DNA of 64,000 bases from Selaginella moellendorffii (taxonomy: Eukaryota > Plantae > Lycopodiophyta), in the NCBI RefSeq assembly GCF_000143415.4, contig NW_003314274.1:208794-272793 (forward strand), written 5' to 3'. The position numbers and the translations under genes were made by a program. Positions 41,121 through 51,658 of the stretch are shown piece by piece. Position 1 is the stretch's first letter; every line of letters starts with the position of its first letter. The notes beneath the pieces were generated by a model that saw only the letters and a list, made by a program, of their open reading frames with translations, searched no databases and had not been told where the DNA came from.

Positions 41121-42298
41121 ATAGTAATAAAAAATAGCTTTTGTAAACCTTGTAATAAATCTTGCAAATTAATAAAGTCATATATTTCTATAAATCAAAG
41201 TGTCGTTTCTCTCGTTCAATAGTACTTGGGTCAGTTTTGACAGGCTGACTTTGGCACTTTGGTGCATAGGTCCAATCCATAACCATGGGGATAACTATTA
41301 TAGACTGATCACAAGTCCCCGCCTCTCTCTCGTTGGCTCATTTTCGAAAAGGGGCATGGTCGTGTAAACAACTTAATTTGCCAATTTATAATAGTTCTCT
41401 AAATCTTCCCGACGGGGTTGATTTCTTGCTCAAGGGAAGTTGGGCCTCTGGCCTTCTCCCTATGTCCCTGCGGGCAGGGATGTATCATTCCTTTGTAAGC
41501 TGAGTGAAGCTCTATTTCGTTAAAGTGGGATTTATTCAGTAAAATGGGACTAGGTACAAATTTTCAAGTATTTGAAAATGACGTGAAATTATATGTTTTT
41601 TGTCCAGGGGCTAGACATATTTGGGGCATGGTGACTAGTGCGGTGACTTTGTGTCCAGACTGAGTCCATCTGGTTGTATAATAAATCTCATTGTCAAGGT
41701 GAACAAGCCGAATCTGAAGCTAAAGAAGAGCGATGGCATGCGCCCACACACTATTTGTTTGTTCATTGAGCGTGTGGTGAGCTTTCCAAGATGAACGTCA
41801 TTCCTATTAGCCAGACATATAACTTAATGGTGAGAACATTTAGATATTATTCAATGTTATCTTTTTCTAACGAATCTAATTGTGAAGGTGTAGCAAGAGG
41901 CATTGCTAGTCTGGAGAAGTCATTTAACTCATTTGACCCTTAGTGTATTTTCATGAAACTAAATAACATTCATATTATTAAGGAATTTCTCTAGTACCTT
42001 TTTTTTATGACATAGAGGCTTGCATTTCTTTCAAAGGTGATTTAGTAAAAGGCCTGAGGGCACATGCCATTCTATTTCTCAGACCGGTATTAAGATATAC
42101 TAGTGCAAAGGGAAAAAGGTATTTGGTGATCAAGTAAATGGCATGAGGGCACACGCCATTATAAGCCTAAGCGCTAGTGGACACCTCCTTTTTGGTGTCA
42201 CGCCTCACGCCATCACGCCATGCCATCACGCCTCCTCTAATTCAGATTCGGATTGTTCACCTTGAAATAAAATACATTAGAAACTTAGTAAAGGAATA

Positions 42299-45200
42299 TT
42301 AATGAATCTCACCTTGAACCCGGGTTATGAATGCTCTTGCTGCATCTCTTGCATGGTCTGGCAAGGTGATGGTGGCACTCTGCTTCCGCATCCAACCATG
42401 CACAACATTATCCACCGATATGCTCATGCTGGGATCCCTTGGATTCAGCACCCATCTCTTTTCTAGGCAATCCTTCGTATATCCGGAACTTGGCTTGAAC
42501 CACTCCACAGTTACATTGAAGGAGTTAGTTTCTGCATCCTCCTTTGCATCAGTGATGCAGCGCCCCACCCATATCATTTGTTTTTTATTACTGGGTTTGA
42601 CAAGCACGACCATTCCTTTGCAGACCTGTACTGGATTGAATGTTGAATCCGGCTTCTTGTTCGTCGGCCCACAATAGTGATCCTCAACATCGTTATCTGT
42701 CACTGCATTTCTAGAGGACATTGTTCTGCTACTATCTGGTGCTCTGGGTTCTGGCCAAAAGGACTCTTCCAATTCTTCATATACAACCGGCCCATTTTGG
42801 ATAGCAGATATAATCTTCTCCCAGTATTCGAGCAAAGGCTTGCACCTCTTAAAATAGGATTCTCCACTAAACACCAACCCCCTCTTCCAGAAGGCAATAT
42901 GTTGTCTAATCCCAGCCACTATACTTTTCTGGTCTTTGAGTCCATCCGGGTGCATCGGCGGTGGGGAACCCTGAGGAATCATAGGTTCCCCAGTTATGGG
43001 ATCTCTCTTGAAGAGTTCAATGCCGTCCACTGGCAACCACACTGTGTCCCATTCTCTCATCTTGTACCTCATCACTGGAGCACCGTCACGCATGCTGAAA
43101 TGAAACTGAAGAGGCTTGGAGTGGCCAATCAGCGTTTCGGATCCGTCCCTGATGTAGCCTCTTACAAACCCCTTAAAGTCTGGAACCTCTGTCACAAGTG
43201 CAGCTTCAACAGTGCCTTTGATGCAATTTTGGAATTCATCGTAGAGTTGTGGGAGGGTGAGGACATTGGATCGCCGGAGGGACTCTGCCAGGTGACTGAA
43301 CATGGCATCGACGTCTTCATGAGTATGCCCAACCATGAGAAAGCCAAGTGTAACCGTTTCAAATATGCCTTTGGCAACAAGCATCGCCAAGTACGCGAAG
43401 ACGTACATGTTTTTGTTCTCACTGCCAGCATTGTCTGTTTGGAGCAGAAGATGGGGTGGAAGGCCACATCGGCCGCAAGAACTTCCTTGAGATTCTGCTT
43501 CGTTTGGATGAGGCTGTGCATTCACCGGGCGACCAGCCTCGTCGGAATGGCATGAGGCCTCACGTGATAACCCTACAATCTGACGGCCAACATATTCACT
43601 GGGATGGCATGGGGCCCCACGCGATACTGCAAGCCTTTGCTCCTCCTCCAGCTGAACCCTGTATGGGGTTCGATCGACAAGGGCCTTATGCAAGGGTTGG
43701 CCGTTCAGCTCAGTCTGCGCACTTTGCAGAGACCTTAAGTGTTTTGCTAGGGACGCAATCATCATGTTTGCACCCCCGCCACCCCATAGAGGTACAAAGA
43801 AGTTCCCATAGTTCTGGGCACCATGCCCATGAGCGATTATGCCAAACAGAGACACAGGCAGCTGCATGGATGAAGAGATTGCCTTGGGGGCAGGATTGAG
43901 TCGAGATAAGCACGTCTTTTTCTGGTCCATTTTGTCGTGGATGATGCAAAGGTAAGAATCAGGTCTCTCCATGGAGAGAATCCTGTTATGATAATATGCA
44001 GTCCTGCAGCTTCTCTGCTCGATGTTGTGGTCAAGCCGCCTTCTAACCAACGTCTCTCGCTCTTGAGCGCTGCAAGAATTCTTCGACAAAGCCATTTTGA
44101 TAGCAGTGCACTCGTCACACTTTGAAAAGCTGGAGTACTTTCCTATACTCACATCCCTGAACTTGTTGCTCCACAATCTACTAAATCTAGATTGGCTCAG
44201 CTTCATGTAGCCATTACTCTGGAGTTCCCAATTCACATCTTCCAATATGGCTCCCTTGGTATACATGGAAGGGAGAACTCGTTGGGTGTCTCGTGTTCCA
44301 TCTTCCAAGAGGCGGGTTTTATGTGGTTGCTACTCGCTACATGTCTCGACAAACCTCTTGAAGATTGCCTCTCCATATACAACATGACCCCTGGTTTTGT
44401 GCGTACCGTCGTTCCCATGGACTGCCTGTTGAACCCTTTGTTCCTCGAACTCAGTTTTGATTCTGTAGAATGTGCTTCGAGGGACTCCATAAATGATTCT
44501 CCATGCCTTCATGCAGACCAAACCCCTCTGGAAGACCATGCCCCCCACCTGATGTTCTGAAGCATCAACAGATGACCGTAATGCCTCATACACAAAATTG
44601 CGAGCTGCCTTCCAGGACAATGTCTTGTATCTTGCTCTCTCCTCTTCAATAGCATCCCAATCAGCATGTTGACAGCACCTCCTCTTGCAACAAGCAACTG
44701 TCGAGACCATTCGAACCTCCATCGCCATTTTCTGCCTTTTCGGTTCGTTGCTCAGATCCCTTTGGCTGCGCTTTAGGAAGGTGTACTTTCTTTTCCCATG
44801 AAGAGATGTTCTGTCATCAATTGTAGTGGTGTTTGATTGTGAATCCTTCACATTCTCAAACACTAAGTGCCTCAATTTCCACCGCACAATGCTTTCAATA
44901 GTCAGACTGTTTTCTTCTGTGTCAACAACCTCTAAAATCGCAACTCCAATATCATCCTAGCCCAATTCTTGATTAGCAACCGCATCTCTTGGATTGACAA
45001 CTGTGGCTAAGCCCTTAGCTACCACCTCCCCCTCGGGGTTGTTTAGAAACACCTTTGCCTGAATCCATGTAGCACAGTTCTTAAGATCCATGGAGGGAAC
45101 ATGCGTCGCACTTGTGCTGTCCCCAACATCTGCTTTCTTCTAAAGATTTTTCAAGGCAACAACAACATTTACCCCGACGACCATCTCTCCTCGTTCAATA

Positions 45201-45367
45201 GCGACCACATTCCCATCGAAGACAGTCTTTACTGATACAGCAGCATTGCCTTCCCCAAGCCTTTGATAGTGTATAACAAAGTTCTGATCCATAGACACAA
45301 GGGTCCCTTTTGCAACTCTCTTCCCACCATTCAAAATGTAAACCTTTTCCCCAACCCTGAAGGCCAT
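42299..45367 (-). pseudogene. Sola-like DDD transposase: one 1023-codon frame with three in-frame TAG stops
   Basis: ORFs 45140-45367, 44330-44887 and 42299-44308 share one frame. Motifs FSKCDEC..H, IIHDKMDQKK, LQTDNAGSENKN, FLMVGHTHEDVDAMFS. Two N-terminal repeats of a V(F/Y)xxNxxxxVAKG...LG...V domain. Confidence 0.85.
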
Positions 45368-45519
45368 TCTGAAAGTGCAGAAAAGAAGTTAAGACCATAC
45401 AAAAAATGATTGGAGAATGGCCTAAATCATAACATACCAAACAACCTCAATAGCATGAGGCCACATGCCATTATTCAAACATGCTATTGACACCCACGTG
45501 AAATTTCGCATTCACAAAA

Positions 45520-45747
45520 TTGGCATGAGCCCTCATGCCATTAGTGGTACCACTAATGGCATGAGGCCTCATGCTATCTTTGGCCCCTGCTAGCCTGTTG
45601 CTATATTCCTTTTGCCTTGCTGCAACTGTATATATTTTTGTGTGTGTGACTAGTCACCCATACAAAAATATATACAGTTGCAGCAAGGCAAAAGGAATAT
45701 GGCAATAGGGTACCAAGGCCCAAAGATGGCATGAGCCTCCATGCCAT
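45520..45747. other. Nested long inverted repeats (foldback) upstream of the transposase
   Basis: TATTCCTTTTGCCTTGCTGCAACTGTATATATTTTTG..GACTAGTC..CAAAAATATATACAGTTGCAGCAAGGCAAAAGGAATA, plus the palindrome CCATTAGTGGTACCACTAATGG. Confidence 0.9.
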
Positions 45748-46750
45748 CCTGATAAACACATAGCTATAGGTTCGGTAAAGAAACTATTGGCAATATGCTA
45801 GTGATGAACTTGCAAGCCCCAAGATGGCATGAGCCCTCATGCCATTAGTGGTACCGTAGCGCTGCTCGCACCACCACAACTGCTCGTAGCGCCGCTCGCA
45901 CAAACTACCACTCACATAAACTGTCGCTCGCAATGGCGCTCACAATGCCGCAACCGCTCTTAGACGCATAAACCACAACTCACAACGCCGCTTACACAAG
46001 CAGCGCTCACTGCGCTCAGCGGAACCAAGAACACGGCGCACAAAAATGATAGACCTAGGAATGAGTTCGAGAATTCAAAAATAACACACACTTGAACGTC
46101 ATATCAAATCCTTTGACAAACCAGATCTTATGATTCCTCTGACAAATTTCAAACTGAGTAGCTTCTAGACTTTGCTGTCGGACGTTGAACTTTGTCACAT
46201 CATGTCCTTGCCTCGATCCAGCTGTGCCATGTCAGTGATTCGAACTTTGCCATGCCATGTCAGTGATCCGCGCCAAGATTATTCGCTGTGTAAAGGAATA
46301 ATTATGTTGTGTGTGTACGTCCATTTATGGCAATATAAGGCCACACGCCATTCAAAGAATAATGCTAGTCGAGCATTTTTTTGTGCATTTTTGGGTTATG
46401 AGCCCACACGCTATAAAGTTTACCTGTACCAAAAATAGAAACAGCTTTATTTTCTTGGGAATTTAAGTGGTTGAGGCATTTTTAAACTTACAAACACATG
46501 CCCTACTTACATTCCTTTGGTTGCTTAAAATTCAAAAATATTATAAACCTTTCTTTTTGCATTTTCAATATTTTCAATTATGGTTTTTGATTTTCGCAGG
46601 ACCAGCCTAGTAATCTATTTGCATCCCATCATGTTTATAGCTAACTTTCGTTTGTCCCCTTCGCTAGCCTGAGATACATCTGCTCGGCATCTGCCTCTTA
46701 CAGCATTTGCCCAGAAAGGGCATCTTTCTTCACGCAGCATTTGCCACATG

Positions 46751-46776
46751 TTTAGGGTTTAGGGTTTAGGGTTTAG
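46751..46776 (+). repeat. Short interstitial plant telomere repeat (TTTAGGG)3+
   Basis: TTTAGGGTTTAGGGTTTAGGGTTTAG. Confidence 0.85.
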
Positions 46777-47653
46777 CAATTCAGTAGCTTGATAAACATG
46801 CAAATATAGAACTTGATGCAAAATCCTTTGATATGTCACAATGCCCCTAGGACCATAAACACATTTCAATAGAGAGGGTCCTTTCATTTCATAACTCCTT
46901 ACGTAGATCTTGGTGAAACCAGAGTTAGTGAAGTTAGTTTCTTGTGATACCGCATCTGATTGTGATATCCCTTTGCAATGTCGATGGAAAGGTCAATGCA
47001 CACCAAACTGTAAAATCTTGGAGCAAAATAACGGTCGGATCTATGGCAAATGCCCCTGAAATATTGTAAGGCTCGTGTGGTCTCATGTGGTGTCCGATCG
47101 AGATGCTTCTTTGCAGGGTCATCAAGAAAGACATTGTATACCATTCTGTAAAATCTAGTTGCGATCTAACGGTTGGATCTCCAGAAAACTCAAAAATATC
47201 TTGCACGTGTCAGAATATTCTAGGAATATACTCCTATGTGCCCCTGAAAATGGCATGCGGCCCCATGCCATTCAAGAGATAACGCCAGATGACGCCGAGC
47301 ATTTTTTGGTGCATTTTTTGGGATCAAAATTGCATGAGGCCACACGCTTGAACGTCACATCAAATCCTCTGACAATTTATTTAGTTGAACATCTGGCATA
47401 TTTGGAAATACAAGATGCTTTGGAATATCCAATCATGCATGGTATAAATATAGCGAGGGTATTAAATGATATCCCAATCATGATCTTTCTTTTGGATTTC
47501 CCGTGCATATAGTCCGAGGAATGATGACGTTGCGGATTTCTTTTGGATTTCACGTGCATGCATGCGTGTGGCAATCCAGAAATTAATGGTGGCGCCCAAG
47601 TCCGAGGAATGATGACGTGGCGGGATTACCAACCGTCGTGACATTTCGCGCGT

Positions 47654-50600
47654 GTGAGGTTAGGTTTTGCATTTTGCTTCGTACTCGCGCTCGCATCGCG
47701 CTCCCACTCGCGATCACGCTCACATTCGCGCTCATCTACCTTGCAAGAATATGGACTGGCACTTGTGGTAGAGTCAGTGTCCGCCTTCAAGATCCACCTT
47801 GCACATCCTAGCGGCTTCCCGGAGGAGGGCAGCGGCTATGAGGAATTCCTAGAGGGAGATAGGGAGAGGTTGTCCAGGAGGCCCACAATTTCAAAGACGC
47901 TGCGGGTCTATGAAGATCACATGGAATCCACGGACCTCACCTACGGCGATGTTCAAAAACTATATTCGAACATTGAGCCGTTGAGAGTGCCTCCAGTTCG
48001 CGAAGCGAAGGGGAAGGGGGTCGATCTGGAAACTACCCTGAAGCAGAAAAGGGTGGTCAAGCTCAAGCCGACGTCCGACTCTCCTCCAAAAAAGAAGCTA
48101 CTTGGTGATGCCATTGCCTCGGGTTCAAACACTACACCCACCAAAAAGAAGAGCCGCAAAGAGCAGAAAGAGCAAGAAGAGGCAGCAAAAATCGTCGCAG
48201 ATAATAGTACTTGTTACTATTCCAACAAAGTATATACAATCGACGTGAGCCGTATCGACATCCAAAGCAAATACAACCACAGGCTAGTATCTGATGAGTG
48301 GGTGGAGAAACTTAAGCAAAAGATGCTGGCAAGTCCAGTAACACCCGACATCGCAGACGTGATCCCCTATTACCGAACAATGAAGGGCGAGACGAGGTTT
48401 CCAGACTTGATCAATAGGAAGGTGTTGGACGATCAGAACATCCGGTTCTATGCCGTCTCCGGGCAGCATTCTAGCTTGGCGATGCAAGAGATAGTTGTGG
48501 ATATTATGGTGGGTGAGGAGGTGAAGAAAGTCTTCAAGACAAGAGTTGTCCGCCTGATAAAAGGCAACTCGCCCCTCCGATCTATCATATACATCTCCCA
48601 CGCGCAGAATGTCAAGCAAGAAACGTGCTACAAATCGGGTCTGCAGGAGACATTGGCACGAACACGGAAGCTCTGGGTTCAACTGAAGAAGCCACAAAAA
48701 CCAGGACAAGGACGTGCACTAGCAACTAGCGCCTGGCAGGTAAGCCTCGTTGCATGTGGCATAGCATGTGGCCTCACGCCATTTCCATTGCAGGAATTCT
48801 CGAGTGCTCAGCATCCATAACATTCTACTCGCGACAAAAGTTGTTTTTGACAAATGGGTAGATGTGCTGAGGAGGTACCATGACGGGGAGTTACTAAACT
48901 CAATGGGTGTGGAGGACGGCCAGAAGCCCAATGATTTGAAGCTCAACGCCTTGCGTTTCTCGCGGTCTCTAGACGACGACGACCTTCTGACAGTGGCTAA
49001 TGCTCTTCTACGTGGTGAGGTAGTCTTCAACAAGACCAAAATGACTCCCGGCCATATTGTGACATACGAGGACTTGTGCACGACTCTGAGAGCTCGTGCG
49101 CTATTGAAGGATTGGATCTTCGAGCAAGTGGCCGTGGAGAGGGTGAGAATCGACACCACGCAAGAGATGATGGAAGCGCTGGATTTGTCAAATGAAGACA
49201 TCGACGAGTACGTGAAGGGGGCCCCCAAGTTCATCGATCTACTGCGGGATGCCACGAAAAGTAAAGCTGAGAAGTTGGATCAGTATCCAAATTTCATTAA
49301 GAGTGATGTCGACCGCCGGCTTTAGAAACAGCTCGACCCCACAACAGAGGCCTATCGAGAACCTTACCGGGTATACTTGAATTCAGATGAGGATAAAAGG
49401 TGGAGGAGCATCGTTTCCCGCGGAGATGAGCAGGTCAAGAACATCTTTTGTGTGATGGACTTCACAAACAAGGAGATCACTCATGCAGATGAAGTTAGCT
49501 CCATCATTGACTTAATGGTGGGACTTGCGGAGGTGGAATCTTCAGTCCACTATATGATCTACGACTCCGAATCCTATCACAAGTTCTGGAAGGCCTTAAA
49601 TGAGGTGAAGGCTCGGTTGAAAGGCAAGGAGATGCGGGAGATCCATGGGATAATGGCTAAGAAGAAGATACCGATGAATGTCCACATCTTCACACTCGCC
49701 CTTGTTATTGGTCCTGCAGCAGAGTGGGACTGGAGTGACTTCCCAGCTTCGTTCGACAAGGCTGATCGAATTGATTTGAGGGAGGTCAATTTACCCGTGC
49801 CTGAGGAACTGAAGACGGCTATGGAGCTTTCGAATCCAAAGAAAGCTCCAGGTGCAGTATGGGAAATGCTCAGCTGGGTCTTCAACGCAATAGCAGGTGG
49901 GTCACCTGCTTCCGACTCCAAGGGCAAATGCGTTGTCGAGTACAACTGCGGCGGACTATTTTTTCGAGCCGCACTACTCAAGGGTGTCCCGTGTGTTGTG
50001 GTGACAAACTCCATTGAAGAGGTGACTTCAATGGAGCATATAATTACAGTTGCCAAAGAAAAACAGTATCTTCTCTGCGAACCTAGTGAGTACACACTTT
50101 AAGTTTAAATGTTATCTCACAAGCTCTGTATGCAGGAGCGTGGCCACCCCCAGATGCTAAAACGGCGTTAACAGCTACTGTTGAAGATACCCATGTTGGG
50201 CCGAGCTCACAACCTGCACAAGGTAAGGTCAAGTGAGGCCTCACGCCATTTTGATTATAGATCGTTGTGAATATTCAGACACGAGGACTGAAAAGCGCAC
50301 TGGTGGCGAGTCGAAGAAGGACAAACAGACAAGCAATAGGAAAAAAGGAGGTACAAATTATATTTGCAATGGCGTGTGGTCTCATGCCATTCCTTGCAGG
50401 AGACACTTCTTCAAAGGCAAAACAGGCAAGCACCAGCCAAGCTCAAACTGACAGTGGTCATTAAAAGCGAAAGCACGTTGGACAGTCGTCGGGATCAGAG
50501 GTGTTTGATTCGAAAAGGAAGAAGGGCAACGAAAAGATGATAGGTAATGCCTCGCAGTTATGGCATGTGTGCTCATGCCATTCATTACAGATCAAGGGCT

Positions 50601-51658
50601 GAGTGAAAGCAGGCAGTCACCACCTCCTGACTCAGATTCCTATGGCGGACTCTCCCCTTCCCCAATCTCAATGGAGAGGTACAATGGATGAGGGATGCTT
50701 TTCAAGTCAGGGCCACGTTTTTCTCATCTCGTCGTCTTCGAAGGGTGCAAGAACGTGCAGAAACCATGTTAAGACAGTCGGGTGAGGATACGGTCCTAGG
50801 TCACGCACTAAAACAGGCTATGGATGTCTTGTATTTTGAGATGGAGACTCGGCCAGATGATTTTCCCAAGATGGTCCTGGAAGAACAAGCAATCCAGCCT
50901 GAGCAGCCTATGGAAGAAATGCAGGAGGGGGATGAGGAGCCAGAGAAAGATAATGAGCAGGAAGAGCAGAAGGACGAAGAGGAGGACAAAGAAGAGGAGG
51001 ACGAAGAAGAGGAGGACGAAGAGGACTTGGATGGTCCTCACAATGGTGACGATCACAATAACGACGACGACGATGATGACGACGATAGCCAGCCTGAGGT
51101 GGCCAAAGAGCAGCGGAGGAAGGTCATACAAGACAAACCATCAGGTAAATAATAGTACATCCATTCCTAACCTTTTACCATTTCTAACATTGTCCATGTA
51201 GATTGCAGAGCAAATGGTAAGTAGAGATTATTCAGTTGAATTTACAAACACTAGCCTTTAGTGTCGAGGAAGGATAGTGCCAAGCAAGGGTCGAAACGTA
51301 TATCCAATCCTTTAGAATCAGCAGTGCACCCAAGTGATATCGGTCCTAGTTCCTCAATAGCAGTTGATGGTAAATACAGTATAGTCGATTCAATGTGCAA
51401 ATGAGTTTGTTTTTAGTAGCACGGGAGGATACCATCTCAATCGAAGGGAGATATTTGGACATGCATATGGATCCGCTAGTGGACTCTACTTGCCTGCAAG
51501 AGTCATCAGAGCTGGTGGAGGCTATTATCCATATCAACGCCAAGCAAGCTGACCATGCTCCACTTGATGCTGCCCATACCATTGAGTCAATCTTGTCCAC
51601 GTATCCAACTGACGGTGACCAGGCGCCATTGGACCCGCATGAGGCCGCCCCAGCCGCC
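47654..51658 (+). pseudogene. Transposon cargo gene, 5' part: ParB/Srx-like domain, degenerate DNA amino-MTase-like domain, acidic tract; multi-exon
   Basis: YTIDVSRIDI..NHRLVSDEWVEKLKQKM..FYAVSGQHSSLAM (ParB-like). NIFCVMDF...NPKKAPGAVWEMLSWVF..GKCVVEYNCGGLFFRAALLKGVPCVVV (beta-class MTase-like order). Introns 48740-48793, 50086-50135, 50351-50399, 50544-50590. One frameshift near 48800 and a TAG at 49323. Start codon not defined. Confidence 0.6.

Noticed and set aside
42677-43555. 292-aa plus-strand ORF
   Set aside because: Antisense shadow of the transposase with no recognisable motifs.
44330-45142. Stop-codon readthrough or U-to-C editing of the TAG codons
   Set aside because: The same TAG/TGA bias affects the dead gypsy pol, so methyl-C deamination is the simpler explanation.
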